Assembly: GCF_004010195.1 (NCBI RefSeq)
Contig: NC_057754.1
Span: 2,884,459 to 2,947,143, forward strand
DNA from: Chiloscyllium plagiosum
Taxonomy: Eukaryota
Direction: 5' to 3'
Length of the DNA stretch: 62,685 nucleotides
The translations under genes and the position numbers were made by a program. The notes beneath the pieces are model-generated. The model did not search any database, was not told the origin of the DNA, and saw only the letters and a program-made list of their open reading frames with translations. The stretch's first letter is position 1. Every line of letters starts with the position of its first letter. Shown piece by piece: positions 52,921-62,685 of the stretch.

Positions 52921-53365
52921 AGAGTCATAGAGACGTCCACTTGGCTGTTCGAGCTACGTTCCCCTGAGAATCCATCGCCCCCTACATTTCCCAAAACAGC
53001 ATACCTGTTTGAAATGGGTATATCCACAAAAGATTCCTGCACTAGCTGCCTACCTCTCTCACCCTTCCTGGAGTTAACCCATCTATGTGACTGTATCTGA
53101 GACGTTCTCTCTTTCCTATAACTGCCATCTATCACATGCTGTTGCAAATTCCTCATTGCTTCTAAATGTCTCTCCAACCGATCCATTCGACCTGATAAGA
53201 TTTGCAGCCAACAGCATTTATGGCAGATATAATCCGCAGTAACCTTTAATCTCTCCTTAAACTCCCACATCTGACAAGAAGTACATATCACTTTATTAAA
53301 GGCCATTTTTCCTCCTTCACAATCTACAGACCCAGAAAATAACACCGTCTTATTCCTCTACAAAT
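52921..53365 (-). mobile_element. CR1 LINE ORF1 fragment joined to a HER1-type tail
   Basis: MAFNKVICTSCQMWEF..YICHKCCWLQILSGRMDRLERHLEAMR..IPISNRYAVL (zinc finger/leucine zipper, CR1 ORF1-like), ending in tctctatgactct. Confidence 0.75.
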
Positions 53366-55911
53366 TTAAAATTTAAAATTCTTAAATTGAACTACTCCCA
53401 CTTCAGGACAATATACATCTGATTTCCATCACTAGAACTTTAGAGAGATCTGTTTCACCACACTCCGTTAAGAATATAAACATTACCCCTGAAATAAATG
53501 CTGCACAAAACTCTTAGAGATACAAGTGATTCTGAGGCTGACTATTGCTGTAAGCTATCCTGCAAAATTCCTATTTGCTATTTTAACAGTAGTTGCTAAT
53601 GGGTTAAAATGCTGAATGGAAGCTTTGCTCGTGTATGTCAAACCAAAAGGTTAGAAGATATTAGTATCTGGAAATGTAACCACTCCGAAACACCCCCGGA
53701 GTTTAACAAACCCCGAAGGGTAGGCTCTCTTTCACCAAAACCTGGCAGTAAATATTTACAAATTGTTTCCCACGGTCAACACAGCAAATAGCCCCACGCA
53801 ATGTCCTTTCTTTAAAACAAAATTGCAACTTTTTAAAAAAATCAGTTGCTGTGCATTGTTAGTTGGTTCCCACATTCTCAGAGTTAAATTGACAGATTTT
53901 AAAATAGACAACATGGAACCTTTGTTTTATAATCTCAGTTTATTTTGTTAACTCATTTCCCACCGAAAATGTTGACACATTCCCAAACTATTCTCGCCAA
54001 TAAATCTCTCTCTGAAGCCAATACACTTTTTTGAAGTTTCTACAGAGCATCTCATCCTATTTTAGAGTTGTCTTAAAGTGCTTCTCGCTCAATCGATTAA
54101 CTATGAACAGTATTTTGCAAAAGACTAATATTGGCAAAAAGTGTTCTGCAATGCAGGGATATACGCTGGGGCATCTCACAGCAGTACAACTAAAAACTGA
54201 CAACTGAAAAAACAAGTGATATTAGATGTAGCAACTAAAAGATAAATGAGTACTTGATTTGTTGGTTGAGAGATGAATGCTAGCCCAGACATCAGGGCCT
54301 TTAAAAAGTGCCTCATGATTTTTAGTATCCAGTCAACAAGACTGGATAGTTTAAAATATTCTGAAAACAATGCCCGGAAAAGTACTTTTTCTCAGCAACG
54401 CCTTCTCTGTACAAGAAACACCATCTTTTCTATCATCATTTTTGACAACCTCATTTAAACAGATTTTTCACAGATAAGCTGGCTAAAGTGTGTTCTCATT
54501 CAACATTTCCACTCTTACAAGGCTGCTGTGCTAAAGTTGTTAGTAAAGGCTTTTCTTTTTACATCGATAGGTAAAAACCAATTTTTCTTGTGTAAATCAT
54601 ATCTTTGGTCAATGCATGTTTAGATGAAAATTGTCACGAGCAAAATTATTCAGCCTACGTTTAAAGTTGCCATCTTATCCAACGTATGTAATTTTTTCAG
54701 GTGCATATCTCATTGGTGTCTGTGCCTTAATGTTTCCCTGTATCTTCATCAGTCTTTGTCTGTTAGTGTCTCTGTGTTTCAAAGTTTACATGACTTCAAT
54801 AACTGTGTTGCACCATGACCACGTCTTATCTTAGTTTTTGAGTGCAGTGTCAGTATGGCATATCCACACTTTTCAGTATGTGACGAACTAGCTCTGTCTC
54901 AGTATGTACCCCTGCGCCTGTGATGCTCCTCGGTAAGCTGTATCTCAGTCTGCATTGCTTCATATCTGCCTGTTTCTAATTAACTTCACTGCCAGCTCGC
55001 ACTAAAAAATAATTGTACACCCTCAAGATCACTTTCTGAGGTTGGGAAAGCAGGCTAAAATAACATTGTATACTTATAAAAAGAGAGCACAAAGAATCAG
55101 GCCAGAACCTAAAACAGCAGAAACATTTCTCAAAGTTTCCTGGAATCAGTCTTGAACCTGGGAAGACTGCAAATACCAAAAACTTGGATACATTTGCTCG
55201 GTAGAGCATGCCTGCAGGGTTGTGTTTGGTCTCTGTGTTTGATCGCAGAAGTAAGAATTCAGCAACACACTGGCAAAAATGTGTGTGTGTGTAATTTGGC
55301 ATGCCATAGTTCTCAAGATATCTCCGGGTAAAAATTTTCATCTTCTTGGTAACCTTCTCCATTTTAATTTCCCGTGACCATAGTTGTAAAGGCAACTATC
55401 CCTGTAAACACATCACGCTGTTGTTACACCCCCTAGCCAATGGAGGTGCAGCAGTGCCATCACTGGCCGGAGGGTGGTATGGCAGCCTAACAAGTTTACA
55501 TAGGACAACCTACACTATTTTTTAATTTAGAGGTAGGGATTTATCATATATGAGGATTAGATGTACAGCTTTCAAATAGGGATTGAATTACAGTTGAGCA
55601 GCGCATTACTCCTCACTTACTTATTAAAACAGCAAGTGTTGGAGAAATTCAGCATGTCTGGCAGCATTCGGAGTGAGAAACAGAACCAAGTCCGGTATCA
55701 AACTTCTTCAGAACTGCAGTTTCAAAACATTTTTTTTAAACTCCAACAACCGCAGTATTTGCTTTTGTCTTATTACTTAAAAAATCTTTACTTTGTTTTA
55801 AGTTCCTGTATCCAATGCTGTTACAAACTGGTACACATTAAGGCTCTGATTACAGGGTTGTGGTCATTGAACTCACTCTAATCGTCGGTCAGGTTTGGCT
55901 TATTCAGGAAA

Positions 55912-56230
55912 GATTAGATTAGATTCCCTACAGTGTGGGGACAGGCCCTTCAGCCCAACCAGTCCACACCAACCCTCCAAAGAGTAACCCACCCAGACCC
56001 ATTTCCCTCTGACTAACGCACTAATGCTATGGGCAATTTAGCATGGCCAATTCACCCGACCTGCACATCTTTGGATTGTGTGAGGAAACTGGAACACCCG
56101 GAGGAAACCCACGCAGACATGGAGAGAATGTGCAAACTCCACACAGACAGCTGCCCGAGGTTGGAATCGAACGTGGGACCCTGGTGGTGTGAGGCAGCAG
56201 GGCTAACCACTGAGCCACCGTGCCGTCCCT
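55912..56230 (-). mobile_element. HE1-type V-SINE
   Basis: Full reverse-oriented copy. An internally deleted copy lies at 56768-56882 and a 3' half at about 40500-40648. Confidence 0.9.
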
Positions 56231-57164
56231 AATGCCCCAGATGCTGCCAGATTTGCTAAGTTTCTCCAGCAGTTTCTGCGTTTGTCGTCCCCGTATTGAC
56301 TCAGCTCACAGACTGAAGGCGACCTCCTCCTGATCAGACTGGTGCCATCAAAAGGATGCTCCTCGAGCACTCTGCAGAACCATCACCATGTCACCTCTGC
56401 GTGACCTCAAGACTTAGTAAATCTCTGCCTCGACCCAAAATGCTGACCTCTATTCCCCCGCAGTTTGTCGAGGAGCACGGGGGCGGGTGACAGTGCTTGA
56501 ACAGGATTGGGATTTCCCCTTCCCCGGCTCCCTTCCGTCATTGTCATCTGGTCCTTGGCAGAGGGTGCAGCTCTGTGGCTGGTCTTAAGGCATCTGGTCC
56601 CAGAGGCTACCGGGTGCCCAAGAGTCTGAACAAGGCGTGGTCCGGTCAGCTATTCGGCTAGAAGGGCCATCACTGTCGAGTCTAATCCTGTCTTCAAAGC
56701 CACCGGACAGCTGGGGAGGGGTCTCAATGGTGAGATTTTTGCCCAAATTCTGACTTTCCTAACATTAGGTTAGATTCCCTACAGTGTGGAAACAGGCCCA
56801 TCAGCCCATTCGATCAATCCTGAACCTGGGACCACTGGTGCTGTGAGGCAGCAGTGCTGACCCCCTGAGCCACTCTGCCGCCCTTTGAGCAACTTACAGA
56901 CATTACGCCAAAAAAAGAAAACGCTGGAAAATCTCGGCAGGTCTGGCCCTTTGTCAAAGCCCTTTTGGTTTCAGATTGCAGCTTTGGCAGTAACTTGCTT
57001 TTAGAGCAAGGCTGTGATGTGGAAACGACCATCATATTGTTTTTGTGAACTACAAGGGGGGGGGGGGGGTAGGGGAGTGTTGGGGCAGTAGACCTGCATC
57101 NNNNNNNNNNNNNNNNNNNNNNNNNNNNNNNNNNNNNNNNNNNNNNNNNNNNNNNNNNNNNNNG

Positions 57165-59650
57165 GGAGCTGCAACCATCGAAAGCGCAGCGTCCCCCCCA
57201 CCCCCCACCCCCCCAGAGTCTCCCCGGACGGATTTGCAGATCTGCCCGAAGGCATCTCGCCTTTGCAAGAGCCCGCACCTCCCTGTAAATCCCTGCTCCG
57301 ATTCATCTGGCCCGCCTCCTTGAGCAGCTAGGGGGAGGGAGGCTGGTTCTTCAAACTTTCAGAATAATCATTTAAAAAAAAACACACGAAATCCCACTCT
57401 CCCGCAGGCGTCCGACGTTTGAATTCAACATAAAAATCCTCGCCCACCCCTCTCCCAAACACCATCCTCCCACATCGCCTTTGTTTTGTAAATTGCAAAG
57501 TGATTTCGCTGAAAAGCTGCAAAAGGATTTTTTTATTGGCTCGTTTTTTAAAAGAAAAAGTGGGACCCCGATCGGATATGGGATACACCCTACTTCAGCG
57601 AGAGAGAAGAAACAGGCAGTCTGGGCACGATTAAACTCGGACGCAAAGTGACCCACCCTTCCAACCTTGGTCCAGTTTAACACATGTATCATCTGTCAAA
57701 CACTAGCGCTATAGGCAGGGCAGGGGTTGCTTTATTTTGTGTGTACGTGTCAATCCATTATCTGGGGCACAAAGGGGACGAATAAACTAACAAAAGGCGA
57801 TGTTAAAAAAATCACACCCAACGCCAGGTTACAGCCCAACAGGTTTATTTGCAAGCACTAGCTTTCGAGGCGCTGCCCCTTCACCAGAGCGGTGCTCTGA
57901 AAGCCGAGTGCTCCCAATTAAACCTGTTGGGGGGCTGTAACCTGGTGTCGGGAGAGTTTTAACTTTGCCCAGCCCAGGCATTCTCCAAATCCTGGCCATC
58001 TTTCTAAAACAAAAACCCTCCCTGATGAAGGGCTGATGCCCGAAACGTCGATTCTCTTGCTCCTGGGACCAGCCGTGGGGCTTTGCCCGTAACATACTCT
58101 CGAATTCTTAAAAAAACCTGGGCTGAACTCCGCCAAATGAGGCGCCTCTTTATTCTGGCGGTGCCCGCGTTGCACTGTAACGGGAATAGCAAAGCGGGGG
58201 CATGAGAGGCTTCCACTGTCGGACAGACTTCGGAACGCTATTGTCCACGATCATCCCCACCCCATCAGTCCAGTCGAGAGATTAGAGTGTGCGAGACAGG
58301 ACAGCAAACTTCAAATAATATTTGCATATGAGAGACTTGACAAAAGTCAATCTCACGGATCTAAACTTGCTTAAATAACCTCGCCACACCGAACTCTACA
58401 GTCTGCAAGTCACTCCCCCACCCCTCTCTCACTCTCTCGTTGCTTCATACACAAAGTTCTGGCAGTGATTACATTTTTTTCTCTCTCTCTCCCTCACTCA
58501 CTCTCCTCCTCCCACACCCACTCCCCTCAAAAGTCTGCTTTAAGTTACACTGTCTTTTCCAACCACAGTCATGAATTCCAAGCTTAGACTCTGGCTCGCT
58601 GCCCAGAGCTGGGGGGGGGGGGGGGGGGGGGTGGGGGTGGGAGGGAAAAAAAAGGCTTTGCTACACCCCTTCTCCACACCCATGTCAAACACGATTGCAG
58701 AAACTTCGTGCAAGAGATTTTTGTTTTAAAAAAACTTGCCAAGGGTTTATTTTTCCAGCTTCACTTGTAAAAACAGAGTAGAGACCCACTGGAACAAATC
58801 TCCACAACTTGCAATGTTTTTTTTTCTCTCTCTGGTGACACGTGTGAGTGGCGAAAACATTAGGGGGTAGGGGGGGAAAAAAAGGTACTGACGGGTAATC
58901 GGATTCCTGCAGATTCCCTGTCTCTGGGCTGCTCGATCTACAAAACTTTTGTCAGCTTGTTCAGCTTAATTTTAGTGTTAAGACAGCTCGCAAGCCCAGG
59001 GGCAGCTGAAAGAATCCACGCCCACGTCTACATAATCCAAAAAAACAGCAATCGTTTTCGCTTTGCAAACAAAAAAAGATTTCCCCCCCCCAAAAAAAAA
59101 TAAACTTTCAGAGAATTCCACCAACGCCAGGTCTGAATCGTTGCTGCCACTCGGTTAGACGCGCGCATTCATCTCAAAATTCCCAGTCGAAATCTTGCAG
59201 CAAGTTCCGAGCAATTAAACACATCTCTTGGAGATTTCAGTTTGATTTACCTGGCGGCAGCGATTTCTAGGCTAAAGCCCTAGCCGTCCCATCGTACCGG
59301 GGCACCCAGTGCTTGTGTGGAGTAGCCCGTTCGTCAACGCAGCACTTTTAAGTGGAGCACCAACCTCGAGATTCCCGATAATAACCCTCTACTGTTACAG
59401 GGTTGGGCTCTTGTACAGGATCGGGTGGGTCCTCGAGGGGCGGAGACTCGCTTCGGGATGGAGGATGGACCAAAATAAAAAGGGAGAGACAGAGAGAGAG
59501 CTGACATCAGGGATGTGTCCGCGGAGTCATGCGCCCGGGCGAACCCACCTCTCCCCAAAACAGTGCCACAAAAACAAAGCTGGCAGATCAGGGGCGCAGG
59601 GCAGTCCGCGGGAGGGTGGGTCACTCAGGTGGAGGGTCACAGCACAGTCT
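57165..59650. promoter_or_regulatory. CpG-rich region, candidate AHNAK promoter and first exon
   Basis: Visibly more CpGs than the flanks (cgcgcg, ccgcgg), G/C runs, a GC-box CCACGCCCA at 59016-59024 and a possible minus-strand donor gtcagt at 58887-58892. Assignment to AHNAK is inference. Confidence 0.45.
57803..58066. mobile_element. Adjacent PLE-derived elements with hammerhead motifs inside the CpG-rich region
   Basis: Fold-back 57803-57967 with minus-strand CTGGTGA-A-GGGGCAGCGCCTC-GAAAGCTA-GTG. Plus strand 58022-58054 reads CTGATGA-A-GGGC-TGAT-GCCC-GAAAC-GTC-GATTC. Confidence 0.75.
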
Positions 59651-60435
59651 GCATGTCTGACAGAGTGGAGGAACACAGGGCTGTCTGGTTATAACAATGT
59701 CAGGCAGAACAAGAGGGAGGCGAGACAGTCGGGTTATTATGGTGGCAGTGAGAGCATGGGACAGAAGCCAGGCTGGTCAGAAGAGTTTCACATAGTGGGA
59801 CAGATTGCTCTGGTTATGTGTTTGGCAGAACACCACATTACAGTCTGGTTAAAATGTCTCTGACAGAGCAGAGGGACACAGTACAGTCTGGTTATAACTG
59901 TCTCTGACAGACCAGAGGAACACAGAACAATCTGGTTATAATGTATCTGTCAGAGCAGACGAACACAGTACAGTCCGAGTACAATGTATCTGTCAGAGCA
60001 GAGGGACACAGTACAGTCTGGTTATAATGTGTCTGTCAGAGCAGAGGGACACAGTACAGCCTGGTTATAATGTGTCTGTCAGAGCAGAGGGACACAGTAC
60101 AGTCTGGTTATAATGTATCTGTCAAAGCCGAGGGACACAGTACAGTCTGGTTATAATGTGTCTGTCAAAGCCGAGGGACACAGTACAGTCAGGTTTTAAT
60201 GTATCTGTCAGAGCAGAGGGACACAGTACAGTCTGGTTATAATATATCTGACAGAGCAGAGGGACACAGTACAGTCTGGTTATAATGCATCTGTCAGAGC
60301 AGAGGGACACAGTACAGTCTGGTTATCATGTGCCAGTCAGAGCAGAGGGACACAGTACAGTCTGGTTATAATGTATCTGTCAAAGCAGAGGGACACAGTA
60401 CCGTCCGGTTATAATGTATCTGTCAGAGCAGAGGA
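59650..60435. repeat. 43 bp tandem satellite running into a gap
   Basis: GAGGGACACAGTACAGTCTGGTTATAATGTATCTGTCAGAGCA repeated, more degenerate to the left. Confidence 0.95.
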
Positions 60436-61010
60436 NNNNNNNNNNNNNNNNNNNNNNNNNNNNNNNNNNNNNNNNNNNNNNNNNNNNNNNNNNNNNNNNN
60501 NNNNNNNNNNNNNNNNNNNNNNNNNNNNNNNNNNNNNNNNNNNNNNNNNNNNNNNNNNNNNNNNNNNNNNNNNNNNNNNNNNNNNNNNNNNNNNNNNNNN
60601 NNNNNNNNNNNNNNNNNNNNNNNNNNNNNNNNNNNNNNNNNNNNNNNNNNNNNNNNNNNNNNNNNNNNNNNNNNNNNNNNNNNNNNNNNNNNNNNNNNNN
60701 NNNNNNNNNNNNNNNNNNNNNNNNNNNNNNNNNNNNNNNNNNNNNNNNNNNNNNNNNNNNNNNNNNNNNNNNNNNNNNNNNNNNNNNNNNNNNNNNNNNN
60801 NNNNNNNNNNNNNNNNNNNNNNNNNNNNNNNNNNNNNNNNNNNNNNNNNNNNNNNNNNNNNNNNNNNNNNNNNNNNNNNNNNNNNNNNNNNNNNNNNNNN
60901 NNNNNNNNNNNNNNNNNNNNNNNNNNNNNNNNNNNTATTCCATGAGATCTAACCTTGCTCACCAGTCCCCCATGGGGCAGGCCTTAATGAAGTCCATATA
61001 GACCATCTCG

Positions 61011-61178
61011 GTAAAAACAAGGACTGCAGATGCTGGAGACCAGAGTCTAGATCCGAGTGGTGCTGGAAAAGCACAGCAGGTCAGGCAGCATCCGAGGAGC
61101 AGGAAAATCGACGTTTCAGGCAAAAGCCCTTCATCAGGAATAGAGGCAGAGAGTCTGAAGGGTGGAGAGATAAGAATA
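61011..61178 (-). mobile_element. PLE 3' tail with hammerhead motif
   Basis: Minus strand ATTC-CTGATGA-A-GGGC-TTTT-GCCT-GAAAC-GTC-GATT at 61106-61141. Same family as 42285-42523. Confidence 0.82.
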
Positions 61179-61202
61179 GATCATATCATATAGATCATGT
61201 CC

Positions 61203-62685
61203 AGAGTCAGGGTCAGGGACAGGGTCACAGTCAGGGTCAGAGTCAGGGACAGGGTCAGAGTCAGGGTCAGGGTCAGGAACAGGGTCAGAGTCAAGGTCAG
61301 AGTCAGGGACAGGGTCAGGGTCACAGTCAGGGTCAGAGTCAGGGACAGGGTCAGGGACAGGGTCAGGGTCACAGTCAGGGTCAGAGTCAAGGTCAGAGTC
61401 AGGGACAGGGTCAGGGACAGGGTCAGGGTCAGAGTCATGGTCAGAGTCAGGGTCACAGTCAGGGACAGGGTCAGAGTCAGGGTCAGAGTCAGGGACAGGG
61501 ACAGGGACAGGGACAGGGTCAGGATTAGGGACAGGGTTAGGGTCAGGGACAGGGTCAGAGTTAGGGTCAGAGTCAGGGGCAGAGTCAGGGACAGGGTTAG
61601 GGTAAGGGTCAGGGACAGGGTCAGGTATAGGGACAGGGTCAGGGTTAGGGACAGGGTCAGAGTCAGGTACAGGGTCAGTGTTAGGGACAGGGTCAGAGTC
61701 AGGTACAGGGTCAGTGTTAGGGACAGGGTCAGAGTCAGAGTCAGGGTCAGAATCAGGCTCAGCGTCAGGGACAGGGTCAGAGTCAGGGACAAGTTCAGGG
61801 ACAGGGTTAGGGTCAGGGACAGGGTCAGGGTTAGGGACAGGGTCAGGATTGGGGACAGGGTCAGAGTCAGGGACAGGGTCAGCGTCAGGGTCAGAGTCAG
61901 GGACAGGGTCAGAGTCAGAGTCAGGGACAGGGTCAGGGTTAGGGACAGGGTCAGGGTTAGGAGCAGAGTCAGGGTCAGAGGCAGAGTCAGGGACAGGGTT
62001 AGGATCAGGGTTAGGGACAGGGTCAGGGTCAGGGTCAGAGTCAGGGTCAGAGGCAGAGTCAGGGACAGGGTCAGGGTTAGGGACAGGGTCAGGGTTGGGA
62101 CAGGGTCAGGGTTAGGGACAGGGTTAGGGACAGGATCAGGATTAGGGACAGGATCAGAGTCAGAGTCAGGGTCAGGGTTAGGGACAGCGTCAGGGACAGG
62201 GTCAGGGTTAGGGACAGTGTCAAGGTCAATGTCAGGGTCAGGGTTAGGGACAGGGATAGGGTTAGGGACAGGCTCAGGGTTGGGACAGGGTCAGGGACAG
62301 GGTTAGGGACAGGATCAGGATTAGGGACAGGATCAGAGTCAGAGTCAGGGTCAGGGTTAGGGACAGCGTCAGGGACAGGGTCAGGGTTAGGGACAGTGTC
62401 AGGGTCAATGTCAGGGTCAGGGTTAGGGACAGGGATAGGGTTAGGGACAGAATCAGGATGAGGGACAGGATCAGAGTCAGAGTCAGGGTCAGGGTTAGGG
62501 ACAGGGTCAGGGTTAGGGACAGGGATAGCGTTAGGGACAGGGTCAGGGACAGGGTCAGGGTTAGGGACAGGGATAGGGTTAGGGACAGGGATAGGGTCAG
62601 GGGAGGGACAGGGGTCAGAGTCAGGGTCAGGGTTAGGGACAGCGTCAGGGACAGGGTCAGGGTTAGGGACAGGGTCAGGGTTAGG
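61203..62685 (+). repeat. Telomere-variant hexamer tract (TCAGGG/ACAGGG/TTAGGG/TCAGAG)
   Basis: About 1.5 kb of NNAGGG-type hexamers reaching the window end, with TTAGGG more frequent toward the right. Confidence 0.93.

Noticed and set aside
59309..59863. 184-aa plus-strand ORF in the CpG-rich region
   Set aside because: Non-ATG start, no recognisable domain and it runs into satellite sequence.
61011..61203. PLE tail next to telomere-like repeats as a telomere-targeted retroelement
   Set aside because: The same family is dispersed through the window and this copy is separated from the tract by other sequence, so adjacency is expected by chance.

Overview
Eukaryotic, repeat-rich vertebrate DNA, most likely a shark (inferred from HE1/V-SINE and HER1/CR1-type repeats). 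Two protein-coding genes are present, both on the minus strand. (1) EEF1G: five internal exons equivalent to human exons 3-7 (15216-15279, 12940-13082, 9869-10012, 6281-6410, 5126-5321), all GT-AG and in phase. Exons 1-2 were not found and probably lie in the 500-N gap; exons 8-10 probably lie beyond the left edge. (2) AHNAK: two PDZ exons (28597-28750, 25520-25710), the start of the giant repeat exon (23347 to the gap at 20675), a candidate non-coding exon (30350-30458) and a CpG-rich candidate promoter near 57-59.6 kb. The rest is CR1 LINE fragments, V-SINEs, Deu-domain SINEs, a TA-flanked MITE, satellites and a telomere-variant hexamer tract at the right end. The most notable unannotated signal is a set of Penelope-like element (PLE) derivatives from about four families that carry minimal hammerhead ribozyme motifs (CUGANGA-stem II-GAAA-palindromic stem III-NUH), often as fold-back insertions with target-site duplications. 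Also notable are a three-hairpin H/ACA-like candidate RNA in EEF1G intron 3 and an AHNAK-EEF1G order reversed relative to mammals across a gap.
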